In this document: positions 1 to 10,008 of the stretch, piece by piece
How the letters are laid out: each line of letters opens with the position of its first letter
How positions within the stretch are numbered: the first letter of the stretch is position 1
Origin: Planctomycetaceae bacterium
GTDB taxonomy: Bacteria; Planctomycetota; Planctomycetia; Pirellulales; UBA1268
NCBI GenBank assembly: GCA_027486095.1
Contig: JAIXPT010000440.1
Coordinates: 1-43,527, forward strand
Direction of reading: 5' to 3'
Length of the DNA stretch: 43,527 nucleotides
Program-made: the position numbers and the translations under genes
Notes under the pieces: model-generated
What the model saw: only the letters and a program-made list of their open reading frames with translations
Told to the model about the DNA's origin: nothing
The model's database searches: none

Positions 1-603
1 CGTGTTTTCGTCGCGGATGATCTCGCCGAGCGACCAGCCCCCGTCGGCCTGCTCGGTCTGCGGGGCGGCCTGGTGCACGTGGATCGCCTTCTTGATGATT
101 GGCAGCTTCTTGCGGGCCAGGCCGAGCATGCGCGCCACTTCTTCCTGCGTCGGCGTGCGGCCGAGCACGTCCACGAGCCGGGCCGTGGCCCGCCGCCACT
201 TCGAGAGCAGTTCGACCATGTAGGCCGGAATGCGGATCGTCTTGCCCGAGTTGATCAGCGCCCGCTTGATCGACTGCTTGATCCAGTAGCTGGCGTAGGT
301 GCTGAAGCGGGTGCCGACCTTCGGGTCGAACCCCTCCACCGCCCGCAGGAGCCCGAGATTGCCCTCCTCGATCAGGTCGGGCAGCGGCAGGCCGCGGTTG
401 GCATAGCCACGGGCGATGTTCACCACGAGCCGCAGATTGGCCCGCACCATGTGGTCGCGGGCGGCGGCATCCCCCTTGGCGATCGCATAGGCGAGCCGCT
501 TCTCGTCGTCGGCATTCAGGAGCGAGGTGTCGTTGATCTCACGGAGGTAGGTCTCGAGCGGGCTCTGGACGGCGGACGAAGGCTTGCGCGGCTTTTCGGG
601 CAT
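1..603 (-). CDS. RNA polymerase sigma-70 family factor (RpoD/RpoS-like), 3' end outside window
   Basis: Not in the ORF track. Hand translation from ATG at 603: MPEKPRKPSSAVQSPLETYLREI...ANLRLVVNIARGY.NRGL...DLIEEGNLGLLRAVEGFDP..GTRFSTYASYWIKQSIKRAL...KTIRIP, i.e. sigma regions 1.2, 2 and 3. Confidence 0.95.
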   Translation of the reverse strand, partial: MPEKPRKPSSAVQSPLETYLREINDTSLLNADDEKRLAYAIAKGDAAARDHMVRANLRLVVNIARGYANRGLPLPDLIEEGNLGLLRAVEGFDPKVGTRFSTYASYWIKQSIKRALINSGKTIRIPAYMVELLSKWRRATARLVDVLGRTPTQEEVARMLGLARKKLPIIKKAIHVHQAAPQTEQADGGWSLGEIIRDENT

Positions 604-791
604 GGAACGTCGCTCTCTTCAGGCAATCAAGAATGGCAAGAATGGATGGACTGAACGCACCACGAGATATCGGCGGGTCTGGCGGGCAACTGGACAGACG
701 GGAGAAGCAGGGCGGCGCGTGCGGGCTGGCACGGTCGTGCGGGCTGGAGAAACACGTCGCCTTTGCCCCTTTCGAATCAAGCCTGCTCGAA

Positions 792-1652
792 TCAAGCCAG
801 CGCCCACTCGAAGCACACGAGCTCCGGCGCGGCTCCGAGCCGCACCGGAATGAGCGACGTGCCGATGCCGCGCGAGACATACATGGGCGGCCCCGCCTTG
901 CGATACCAGCCGGCGACGTAGCCGCCGCTCCCCGAGGGCAGCGCGAGCGCCACGCCCCAGGGCGCCACCTGCCCGCCGTGCGTGTGGCCGGCGAGCACGA
1001 GATCCACCGGGTGATCGGCCGGCATCGCGACGACGTCGCGCGAGAGCGGGCAGTGCGCAAGCACGAGATGATTCGGGGTCGGCGGGGCGTGGTGGAGCGC
1101 CGCCGCGGCGTCGGGCCTGCCGCTGCGCAGGTCGTCGAGGCCGGTGATCCGCACCCGCGTGCCCGCCGCGGCGAATTCGACCGAGCGGTTCACGAGCAGC
1201 TCGATGCCGTGGCTCTCGTAGAGGCGGTCGAGGGCTTCGCGCGGCACCCCGGCCTCGTATTCCCAGTTGCCGAGGATCGCGAACCGGCGCGGGCCGGCGG
1301 GGCATTCACGCAAAAACGTCTCCAGCTGCCAGAGATCGCGCCGGTGGTCGATCATGTCGCCCGTGAACAGGATCGCGTCGGGCCGGGCGTCATGCAGCCC
1401 CTCGAGCAGGCGTGTCTCGAGGCGGCCGATGCGGTGCAGATGGAGGTCGCTGACCTGCAGCATGCGCAGCCGTGCATCGGGCCGGGAGCCGCGGCTGGCA
1501 AGCGCGTGGGTGGTCGTCTCGAGCCGCTGGGGCGTGATCACGAGCCCGTCCACGGCAGCGGCCGTCGGCAGCCCCACGGCCGCGAGCCCACCGGCGGCGA
1601 GCCAGCGGCGGCGGCTGATGCCCGCGGTCGCGCAGGGCGCCGGATCACTCAT
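792..1652 (-). CDS. Calcineurin-like metallophosphoesterase (YkuE-like) with probable Tat signal
   Basis: Motifs SDLH, TGD, GNWE, AHCP, GHTHGGQ, YVSRGIG; N-terminal SRRRWL followed by a hydrophobic stretch. Confidence 0.9.
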   Translation of the reverse strand: MSDPAPCATAGISRRRWLAAGGLAAVGLPTAAAVDGLVITPQRLETTTHALASRGSRPDARLRMLQVSDLHLHRIGRLETRLLEGLHDARPDAILFTGDMIDHRRDLWQLETFLRECPAGPRRFAILGNWEYEAGVPREALDRLYESHGIELLVNRSVEFAAAGTRVRITGLDDLRSGRPDAAAALHHAPPTPNHLVLAHCPLSRDVVAMPADHPVDLVLAGHTHGGQVAPWGVALALPSGSGGYVAGWYRKAGPPMYVSRGIGTSLIPVRLGAAPELVCFEWALA

Positions 1653-2809
1653 GGCGGGCTCGAGCCGGTAGCCCGCACCCCGGGGCCGAGCGTGCGGTCG
1701 AGAAATTCGACGAGCGCCCGGCCGGCCGGCGTGCCACGGTCGAGCGCGGGACGGTGGGCCGTGCCCGCGAGGATCACAAGCGTGCTATCCACGCCGACGG
1801 CCCGCAGCGCCGCATCGAGGGCGACGCTCTGCGCCGTGGGGATCGTCTCGTCGCGATCGCCGTGCACGACAAGGCAGGGCGGATCATCGGCCGACACATA
1901 CGAGAGCGGGCTCGCCCGTTGGGCGGCTTCGCGAAATTCCGCGAGCGGCCCGCCGACGAGCAGGCTCGCCGGCGACGAGGGCCGGTCGTGCGCAGGCCCG
2001 AGCGACGTGAGGTGGGTGGGCGCCGCCACCGTGCCCACCGCCGCCACCCGCGCGTCGGCCGGGGCCGCGAGCCCCACGAGCGCGGCCAGATGGCCACCGG
2101 CGCCCGCGCCCAGCACGGCGATCCGCTCGGGGTCGATGCCCCACACCTGCGCCGTCCGCCGAATCTCGTCGAGCGCCGCGCGGCAGTCGTCGAGCTGCGC
2201 GGGAAACGTGGCCGAATCGGAGAGGCGATAGCCGATGCTTGCCACGGCATAGCCCTCGTCCGCAAGCCACCGCACGGGGCAGTCGGCCCGGGAGCCGTCC
2301 CGCCAGGTGTCGCCGTGAATCCACACCACGAGCGGCATGCCACCGCCCGAACAGCCCGCCGGCAGGTACATGTCGAACCGCTGGCGGGCGTCGGCCGTGG
2401 GCAGCGAAGGCTGGTCGCGATGCACGAGGAGCGCGGCGCGGGGCGGCCCGTCTGCGGGCCCCCCGAACGGCGATTCGAGTGTCGAATCGACATGGAGCGC
2501 GGCGGATGGCGAGCGCGCCATGAGCCCGTCGGGCACGGCGAGGCCGCTCTCGGGCAGCGCGGCGGGCGCCGCCACACCCACGGGCAGATCGTCGAGCGGC
2601 ATGCGCCGCCGCGCGGCGGCCCGCCGCTGGGCCCGCCGCGAGGGACGCCGGGCAGGGGCCGCCTCCGCCTCGAAGGGCGCGTCGGCCGTGGCCCGCGGAT
2701 CACCCCGCCAGGCGAGTTCTACCGCCGCCCAGTCGCGCTCCATCGCCGCGGCCAACGAGCTGCCGCAGACAAGGGCCGCGGCGAGGAGCACACCGGGAAG
2801 CAGTTTCAT
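1649..2809 (-). CDS. Secreted alpha/beta hydrolase-fold protein (carboxylesterase/BD-FAE-like), nucleophile Ser replaced by Gly
   Basis: Signal peptide, FDMYLP, VVWIHGDTW, YRLS, IAVLGAGAGGHLAAL, VHGDRD, GTAH; its stop overlaps the start of the downstream phosphoesterase gene (ATGA). Confidence 0.85.
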   Translation of the reverse strand: MKLLPGVLLAAALVCGSSLAAAMERDWAAVELAWRGDPRATADAPFEAEAAPARRPSRRAQRRAAARRRMPLDDLPVGVAAPAALPESGLAVPDGLMARSPSAALHVDSTLESPFGGPADGPPRAALLVHRDQPSLPTADARQRFDMYLPAGCSGGGMPLVVWIHGDTWRDGSRADCPVRWLADEGYAVASIGYRLSDSATFPAQLDDCRAALDEIRRTAQVWGIDPERIAVLGAGAGGHLAALVGLAAPADARVAAVGTVAAPTHLTSLGPAHDRPSSPASLLVGGPLAEFREAAQRASPLSYVSADDPPCLVVHGDRDETIPTAQSVALDAALRAVGVDSTLVILAGTAHRPALDRGTPAGRALVEFLDRTLGPGVRATGSSPP

Positions 2810-2835
2810 CGGAGCACCGGCTCGGGGGCGCCGGG

Positions 2836-3267
2836 CTAACGACGGGCCTGGAGTTGGCCCGACGGCGTGAGCTCGTCGATGATCTTCGGGATGTAGCGGC
2901 TGAGCACTTCGGCGAGCCGCTCACGGTCGATGTTGCGCTGCCGGGCGATCTGGTCGAGCTCACTGCCGCCGAACACATCCTCGATCTGCCGCCGGCTCAC
3001 CGGCTTGTTGGGGCCGGTGCGCACCCAGGAATCGACCTCGTCGCGCATCCCCTTCTCCTCGAACTGCTTGACGACGTCGGGCAGCTTCTGGGCCTGGCCG
3101 CCCCCGAAGATCTGCTTGAAGATCTCCGCCAGATCATCGGGCGAAGGCATGCCTGACGGGCCGGCCTGCGGGGCGCGGGGCTGCGGCTGCGGGGCGCGCT
3201 GGGGGGCCGGCTGCTGCTGCGCGGCGCCTTCGAGCACCTGCTTCAAGATCTCGCCGAGAATATCCAT
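2836..3267 (-). CDS. YidB/DUF937 family protein
   Basis: MDILGEILK start with GGAGAG RBS; C-terminal VDSWVRTGPNKPVS...LAEVLSRYIPKIIDELTPSGQL typical of YidB. Confidence 0.85.
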   Translation of the reverse strand: MDILGEILKQVLEGAAQQQPAPQRAPQPQPRAPQAGPSGMPSPDDLAEIFKQIFGGGQAQKLPDVVKQFEEKGMRDEVDSWVRTGPNKPVSRRQIEDVFGGSELDQIARQRNIDRERLAEVLSRYIPKIIDELTPSGQLQARR

Positions 3268-3409
3268 CGTGGCTCTCCGTCGTCGGAAGAAGGGATTGGT
3301 CGGGAGCCGCAGCGGTGCAGGCTCCATTGATCGCAGTCTACGGGCGGGTGGGGGCCGGGGAAAGCCACTGGTCGATCGCGGCCGTGCTCCCGGCCATGCC
3401 GCCCACGCG

Positions 3410-4792
3410 TCAGCGGTCGAGCTGGGCGCGGAGCGTCGCCCGATCGACACCCAAGAGGCGGGCGGCAGCCGTGCGATTGCCCCCAGCCCGTTCGAGGGCC
3501 TCGTGGGCGAGGGCCGTTTCGACGATCCCGACGAGGCGTTCGTGGAGGTCGCCGGCCGCTGCCGCATTGCTCGGCCAGCGCTCCGCCACCCAGGCTTTCA
3601 CGACACCGGCAACCGATTCATCGGAAGCCGTGTTCGTCGCCGCTGCACCCGCAGCCGGCGCGGGCGGCAGGTGCTCCGGCCGCAGGGCGGCGCCGCGGGC
3701 GACGACGCATGCGTATTCGACGGCGTGCTCCAGTTCGCGGACGTTGCCGGGCCACGGCCGCGCCCGGATGGCGTCGAGAAAGGCGTCGGTGACGTGGGGC
3801 TGCGGCCCGGTGCACCGCGTGAGAAACCAGTCGATGAGGTTCGGCACGTCGTCGAGCCGTGCCGCGAGCGGCGGCATCGAAATCGGAAACACGTTGAGCC
3901 GGTGATAGAGATCTTCGCGGAACTCCCCGGCCGCGATCGCCGCCGCCAGGTCGCGATTGGTGGCCGTAATCACGCGGACATCGACGTGCCGGGATGCCGC
4001 CGAGCCCACCGGCGTGATCTCGCCCTGCTCGAGCACCCGGAGGAGCTTCACCTGCACCTCGGGGGGCGCCTCGCCGATCTCGTCGAGGAAGAGCGTGCCG
4101 CCGCCGGCCAGTTCGAAGAGACCCTGGCGATCGCCCGCGGCGCCGGTGAACGCGCCACGCACGTGGCCGAAGAGTTCGCTCTCGATCACGCTCGGTGAGA
4201 GCGCCGCGAGGCTCGTCGCGAGATATGGCCGATCGCGGCGTGGGCCGTGGGTGTGGATCGCGCGGGCAGCGAGATCCTTGCCGGTGCCGGTGGCGCCGGT
4301 CACGAGCACCGGCAGGTTTGTCGGGGCAACGAGCGCGATCTGCTTGAACACCTGCTGCATCGGGGCCGATCGACCGACCAGCCGCCAGGCGGGGGCGAGG
4401 CCGGCATCGACGATCGTGTCGCGTGCGTGCGGCACGTCGGCCAGTGCCCGGGCGACCACCTCTGCCACCTGCTCGAGATCGAACGGCTTCACGAGATAGT
4501 CGAAGGCACCGGCCTTCGTGGCCCGCACGGCCGTTTCGAGGTCACCAAAGGCCGTCATCACGACGATCCGCGCCGCGGGGGCGAGGGTCTTGAGCTCGGG
4601 GAGCGCCGCGAGGCCGTCGCGGCCCGGTAAACGGACGTCGAGAAGCAGCGCGTCGGGAGCGAACCGGCCGCAGGTGTCGAGGGCGGCCTCGACCGACGCA
4701 GCCACCTCTACATCGTGCCCCTCGTCGCCGAGCACTTCGCGCAGGCTCCAGCCGATGGCCGGCTCGTCGTCGATAATCAGGATGCGACTCAT
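3410..4792 (-). CDS. Sigma-54-dependent response regulator (NtrC family: REC-AAA+-Fis HTH)
   Basis: ILIIDDE, LLDVRLP, KPF receiver; GATGTGKD, ESELFGH, GAFTGA, FLDEIG, WPGNVREL; C-terminal GNRTAAARLLGVDR. Start re-set to MSRILII at 4792. Confidence 0.95.
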   Translation of the reverse strand: MSRILIIDDEPAIGWSLREVLGDEGHDVEVAASVEAALDTCGRFAPDALLLDVRLPGRDGLAALPELKTLAPAARIVVMTAFGDLETAVRATKAGAFDYLVKPFDLEQVAEVVARALADVPHARDTIVDAGLAPAWRLVGRSAPMQQVFKQIALVAPTNLPVLVTGATGTGKDLAARAIHTHGPRRDRPYLATSLAALSPSVIESELFGHVRGAFTGAAGDRQGLFELAGGGTLFLDEIGEAPPEVQVKLLRVLEQGEITPVGSAASRHVDVRVITATNRDLAAAIAAGEFREDLYHRLNVFPISMPPLAARLDDVPNLIDWFLTRCTGPQPHVTDAFLDAIRARPWPGNVRELEHAVEYACVVARGAALRPEHLPPAPAAGAAATNTASDESVAGVVKAWVAERWPSNAAAAGDLHERLVGIVETALAHEALERAGGNRTAAARLLGVDRATLRAQLDR

Positions 4793-6198
4793 GTCGGCGG
4801 TTGTATCAGGTGCTGCTGCGACGATGCTGCCAGTGTCTCTGCTGGCAGCACGATCGCAAACCGGGTGTGGCGGGGTCCGCGTTCCCAGGAGAGCGCCCCG
4901 CCATGCTCCTCGGCCACGGCCTTCGCGATCGCCAGGCCGAGGCCGATCCCTTCGGGCTTGGTGGTCACGAACGGGTCGCCAAGCACGTCGTGAATGGATG
5001 CCGCCGGCCCAGGCCCCGAGTCTTCCACGGCCAGGGCGGCTTGACCGTGGGCCGCGGTGCCCGTGAGCCGCACCAGCCCGCCCCGGCCAGCCGCCTCGAT
5101 GCCGTTGAGCGCGAGGTTCACGAGTGCCGCCCGCAGGGATTCGGGCCGGCCCTCGAGGGTGATGCCGGTGGGAAGCTCGCATTCGAGCCGCACGCCGGCA
5201 TGCTCGCACCGCGGGGCGGTGAGATCGCGGACCGCCGCCAGCAGGTCATCCACGGCGACTGGGCCACGAGCCGCCTCGGTGGGGCGGCCGAGGGCCAAGA
5301 GGCCGCGCACTTCCTCCTCGACGATCGCCAACTGCCGCGCGGCGATCGCCAGACTGTCGTCTGCGCGCCCCGCTCCCGTGCCGCTACAGCGGCGGGCGTG
5401 GACATCGATCGCCAGCCGGGCCCCGGTGATGGCGTTGCGCAGTTCGTGGGCAAAACCGGCGGCGAGTTGACCGAGCAGTCGCTGCCGCTCGCCGGCGACG
5501 AGCGACGTGCGCAGCTCCTGGAGCGTGGCGCTCATCCGATTGACGCCCGCGGCCAAGCGCGCGACCTCGTCGGCACCGCTGCCGGCGGGCAATTGCTGGC
5601 CGAAGTCACCCGCCGCGATCCGCTCCACATGCCGCTCGACCGCCGTGATGCGCGTCGCCAGCGACCGCGTCATCCAGAGCGAGAGCGGCACGAGCAGGCC
5701 GAGCGTGGCGGCCGCGACGGCGAGCACGGGCCAGACGGTCTCGAGGGCCGCGGCGAGCACGGGTTTCTCAGGGGTCAAGACAAGGACCGTCTCGGGGCGC
5801 ACACCCGTCGCCTGGGCACGGCCGAGGCGATAGCGCACACCACCGAAAGTGATCTGGCCAGCCTCGACGGCGGCGGCCCAGGTGGCGTTGCCCGTGTCGG
5901 CGAGGTGATCGGCCGGGAGGGAGCTCAGTCCGGCTTGCCGGCCCGCCGTATCCCAGACCACGAAGTGACTGCCGGTGAGCGCAAAGAGCGCGTCGAGCAC
6001 CGCGGGCGACAAGGCCACGCGCGTGCTCGCGAGCGCCGTGGCCACGCGGGCCTGCTGTTCGCGTGCCGCCGCCGCGGCCCGGCGGGTGGCCAGCCACGCG
6101 GAGAAGGCCACGTTCAGGAGCACGCCTGCCAGCACGAGGCCCACCACGGGCAGGACCAGCCGGGCGGTGAGCGATTCTCTTCGTGGGCTCCCAAGCAT
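4789..6198 (-). CDS. HAMP-domain sensor histidine kinase
   Basis: Two TM segments, HAMP (DEVARLAAGVNRM), H-box FAHELRN, NLALNG, DSGPG, PFVTTKPEGIGLGL; coupled to the regulator. Start re-set to MLGSPRR at 6198. Confidence 0.93.
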   Translation of the reverse strand: MLGSPRRESLTARLVLPVVGLVLAGVLLNVAFSAWLATRRAAAAAREQQARVATALASTRVALSPAVLDALFALTGSHFVVWDTAGRQAGLSSLPADHLADTGNATWAAAVEAGQITFGGVRYRLGRAQATGVRPETVLVLTPEKPVLAAALETVWPVLAVAAATLGLLVPLSLWMTRSLATRITAVERHVERIAAGDFGQQLPAGSGADEVARLAAGVNRMSATLQELRTSLVAGERQRLLGQLAAGFAHELRNAITGARLAIDVHARRCSGTGAGRADDSLAIAARQLAIVEEEVRGLLALGRPTEAARGPVAVDDLLAAVRDLTAPRCEHAGVRLECELPTGITLEGRPESLRAALVNLALNGIEAAGRGGLVRLTGTAAHGQAALAVEDSGPGPAASIHDVLGDPFVTTKPEGIGLGLAIAKAVAEEHGGALSWERGPRHTRFAIVLPAETLAASSQQHLIQPPT

Positions 6199-6307
6199 GC
6201 CCCAAGTGTCGCCGGAACGAGGGCCGGGTTCCACTCGCGGCGTGGCACTGGCCCGCCGTGGAGCGATAAGGTGTGTGGCCTTCGCGCTTTCAAGGCCGGG
6301 CGTTTCC

Positions 6308-8588
6308 ATGCCGTTCCCCGCCACGCTGCCGTTTTCAGCGACCGCCCATCGGGCCGTGAACGCCCAAGCCGATGCGCTGGTCATCGACGCCGCGGGGGCC
6401 GATGCGGCTGTGGCCTGCGCGCGGCTGGCGACCACGCCAGAGGGCCTCACCGCCGCGGAGGCTCGGCAGCGGCTCGATCGGCACGGGCCCAACACGATTG
6501 CCCAGTCGGCAGGGGAGGAGCCGCTCGCGCTCCTCTGCAAGGCGGCCCTCAATCCGCTCGTGCTGCTTCTCGCGATCCTCGGCGGCTCGTCGTTGGCCAC
6601 GGGCGACGCCGTCTCGGCTGCGATCATGGCGGTGATGCTTGCCCTCGGCGTGGGGCTGCGGTTCCTGCAAGAGTGGCGGGCGCACGCTCTTGGGCGGCAT
6701 GTCACGGTCGCTCGAGGCCCCCGAGCCGCCCACGGCGTTCGATGTCGGGCTCGAAAGGTTCACGTGGCTGATGGTGGGCGTCGTGGCGGTGATGGTGCCG
6801 CTCGTGTTCCTGATCAACGGCCTTACCAAGGGGAACTGGGGCGATGCGTTTTTGTTCGCGCTGGCCGTGGGCGTGGGGATCACGCCGGAGATGCTGCCGA
6901 TGATCGTGACGGTGTGTCTCTCGCGGGGGGCCCTCATGCTCGCCCACGAGCGCGTGATCGTGAAGCATCTCGACGCGATCCAGAACCTCGGCGGCATGGA
7001 CGTGCTTTGCACCGACAAGACAGGCACGCTCACGCTCGACCGCATCATCCTCGAGCGCCACTGCGACGTGCTGTTGCGCGACGATCCCGAGGTGCTGCGC
7101 TACGCCTGGCTCAACAGCCACTTTCAGACCGGCCTGAAAAACCTGCTCGACCGGGCGATCCTCGACCATGAGGAGCTGCGCGAACACGTGGCGAAGGCGG
7201 GCTGGGAGAAGGTGGATGAGATTCCCTTCGACTTCTCCCGCCGGGTGATGTCGGTCGTCGTTTCGGCGCCCGGTGGCACGCGGCTGCTCGTCTGCAAGGG
7301 GGCGCCCGAGGCGGTCTACGCCCGGTGCTCGGGGTTCGCGCTCGACGGGCGGGTGGAGCCATTGGGGCATGGGGCGCTCGAGCGGCTCGAGCGGGAGTTC
7401 GAGCGGCTCTCCGCCGACGGCTTCCGCGTGCTCGCGATCGCCTGCCGCGACGTCGAGGCGCAGCCCGCCTACGGCCGCGACGACGAGCATGATCTCGTGC
7501 TCCGCGGCTACGTGGCGTTTCTCGACCCGCCCAAGGATTCGGCGGCCGCGGCTCTGGCGGCGCTTCGTGCCGGCGGCATCGCCGTGAAGGTGCTCACCGG
7601 AGACAACGAACTCGTCAGCCGGAAGGTGTGCGGCGCCGTGGGGATCGATGCCGGCGCCGTGCTCCTTGGCCGCGAGGTGGACATGCTCGACGACCAGGCG
7701 CTCGCGGCCGCAGCCTCGCGGGCCACGCTCCTGGCCCGGCTCTCGCCCCAGCAGAAGGAGCGGGTCGTGCATGCGCTCAGGCGGGCTGGCCACGTGGTCG
7801 GGTTCCTCGGAGATGGCATCAACGACGCGCCGGCCTTGCGGGCCGCCGACGTCGGGATCTCGGTCGATTCGGCGGTGGACATCGCCCGGGCGAGCGCCGA
7901 CTGCGTGCTTCTCGAGAAAGACCTCGAGGTGCTCGAGGCGGGCGTGCGGGTGGGCCGGAAGGTGTTCGTGAACATCCTCAAGTATGTCCGCATGGGGGCG
8001 AGCTCGAACTTCGGCAACATGCTGAGCGTGTTGGGGGCGAGCGTATTCCTGCCGTTCGTGCCGATGACGCCGCTCCAGATCCTGACGAACAACCTGCTCT
8101 ACGACTGCTCGCAGGTGCCGATCCCGACCGACGACGTCGATCCGGAACTCGTGGCCCGGCCGCGGCCCTGGTCAGTCGGGCAGATCTCGCGGTTCATCCT
8201 GCTCGTGGGGCCAGTGAGCTCGCTCTTCGACTTCACGACGTTCGCCGCGCTCTGGTTTCTCTTCGGCTGCGCCGATCCTGAGCGGACGGCGGTCTTTCAC
8301 ACCGGCTGGTTCGTGGAATCGCTCGTCACGCAGACATTCATCATCCACGTGATCCGCACCGATCGCATGCCGTTTATCCAGAGCCGGGCGAGCACGGCGC
8401 TCGTGGCGACGACGGCGGCCGTGATCGCCGCGGGCATCTGGCTCGCCGACTCGCCGCTCGGCCGGAAGTTTGGCTTCGTGCCGCTGCCCTGGTCCTACTG
8501 GCCGTTTCTACTCGCGACCGTCGTGGCCTACGCCACCGCGACTCACCTCGTGAAATCGTGGCTCGTGCGGCGGGGCTGGATCGACTGA
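6308..8588 (+). pseudogene. mgtA: Mg2+-translocating P-type ATPase, frameshifted and lacking the actuator domain
   Basis: N-terminal part (GLTAAEARQRL..HGPN...LRFLQEWRA) is in one frame; the rest (RTLLGGM...TPEMLPMIV, DKTGT, KGAPE, TGDN, GDGIND, SSNFGN, NLLYD) is in another. The junction is at ~6675-6682 and no TGES motif is present. Confidence 0.88.
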
Positions 8589-8625
8589 CGCGAAGCACGC
8601 CCGGTCTCCTGCAACGTACCCGGAC

Positions 8626-8716
8626 GCTATACAAGGTTTACAAACCGTTTGCGTACGGCACGACTTATTGCGTTTCCATGAATACTCCTTGCATACATTA
8701 GCAAACGTTCTATATT
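8626..8716 (+). promoter_or_regulatory. Promoter region of the DUF1559 operon with GntR-type boxes
   Basis: AT-rich. GCTATACAAG (8626-8635) and TTGCATACAT (8689-8698); candidate -35 TTGCAT (8689) and -10 TATATT (8711), 16-bp spacer. Confidence 0.5.
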
Positions 8717-8776
8717 TATTCGCAGAGGGCGAGCGCGGTGGTAGTGGCACTTGGAACTGGCGCGGGGAGCGGAGCC

Positions 8777-9943
8777 ATGAGCAGGCTGGAGCGGCCGGGA
8801 GATGGGGAAAAGCGGTGGTGCGGCTTGGGCCGGCGATCTCTTCCGGGTTTCACCCTCGTGGAACTGCTTGTCGTGATCGCCATCATCGGCGTGCTCGTGG
8901 GCCTCTTGCTGCCCGCGGTGCAGGCGGCGCGGGAATCGTCCCGGCGGAGTTCGTGCTCGAACAATCTGCGCCAGATGAGCCTCGGCGTGCTCAATTTCGA
9001 ATCGGCCAAGGGCCGGTTTCCAGCGGGGCTGCGGGATCCTTTCTTTCTCACGGTCGGCAGTACGCCGACCTACCTCACGAATCGCGCCCGGTTCAGCTTC
9101 ATCACACTGATTCTACCCTTCATGGAAGAGGTGGCGCTCGGCGATCAAATCACGTCGTATCTCAAGGCAAGCGGGAACGCGGCCCCATGGAACACGGGGC
9201 CCTTGGGTGGGATCGGTTCGCCATTCGTCGTTCAGCCCAAAGCCCTGCTCTGCCCCTCGGAGCGGACGGTCTTCACCAATGCGGCGGAAGCGAGGCCGAC
9301 GAGCTACCGTTGCAACCGCGGCGACATCTTCACGGCCTCGGATCTAAAGTATCAAAGGCGGGGGCCGTTTGGTACCGGCTTCGACCGAGACACCTACTCG
9401 TTGACGCCGATCAAGGTCGCTGCCATCCCCGATGGCTTGTCGAAGACGGTGATGCTCGGCGAAGTGATCCTGGGAGATCTGTCTTCGTCACGCAGCGCGG
9501 GCACCGGTCTGCAGGCGTCGCTCGCCTCGACGGATGCTCCCGGCACCTGCGCGAGCCTGCTTGCGACCGATCAATACAATCCCGTCTTCGGCGTCGGTTT
9601 CAACGATCGGACGGCGGGCCGAAAGTGGGGCGATTCACTGGTCTTCTACACGGGGTTCAACACCGCGACGGGTCCAAACACACCACGGTGTGGCGCCAGC
9701 GAGAACCTTCACATCGTGCCGGTGAGCAGCTACCACGCCGCGGGAGCGCAGGTTTCGATGTGTGATGGAAGTGTGCGATTCATCTCGGATTCAATCGACG
9801 CGGGTGATCCGACCGTGGCTCAGCCCAGCGTGACGACGGATGCCGGCACGGGCGTCCAGTTTTACACGGGCCCGAGTCTCCGCGGCGTGTGGGGCGCGAT
9901 GGGGACGATCGCGGGCAGCGAGCCAATCGCCACCGGAGAATGA
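8777..9943 (+). CDS. DUF1559 prepilin-type N-terminal cleavage/methylation protein with H-X9-DG motif
   Basis: [41 protein letters not shown]; IPDGLSKT; HAAGAQVSMCDGSVRF. Confidence 0.95.
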   Translation: MSRLERPGDGEKRWCGLGRRSLPGFTLVELLVVIAIIGVLVGLLLPAVQAARESSRRSSCSNNLRQMSLGVLNFESAKGRFPAGLRDPFFLTVGSTPTYLTNRARFSFITLILPFMEEVALGDQITSYLKASGNAAPWNTGPLGGIGSPFVVQPKALLCPSERTVFTNAAEARPTSYRCNRGDIFTASDLKYQRRGPFGTGFDRDTYSLTPIKVAAIPDGLSKTVMLGEVILGDLSSSRSAGTGLQASLASTDAPGTCASLLATDQYNPVFGVGFNDRTAGRKWGDSLVFYTGFNTATGPNTPRCGASENLHIVPVSSYHAAGAQVSMCDGSVRFISDSIDAGDPTVAQPSVTTDAGTGVQFYTGPSLRGVWGAMGTIAGSEPIATGE

Positions 9944-10008
9944 TCGGCCCAGCGGCGTGTGGCTCCGGCCGCCGCGGTCAAGTGTTCATCACCATGGAGG
10001 ATTCAACC

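Noticed and set aside
6243-6257. TGGCAC as a sigma-54 promoter for mgtA (also at ~727 and ~8745)
   Set aside because: The required GG-N10-GC spacing is not met at any of these sites.
73-6771. Long plus-strand ORFs 73-654, 633-2231, 2930-4198 and 4801-6771
   Set aside because: Antisense shadows of well-supported minus-strand genes in GC-rich DNA; Arg/Ala/Gly-rich with no recognisable motifs.
6639-8588. Treating this 649-aa ORF as an intact novel short P-type ATPase, or as a programmed frameshift
   Set aside because: Even with a frameshift the essential TGES actuator is missing, and there is no slippery sequence at the junction.
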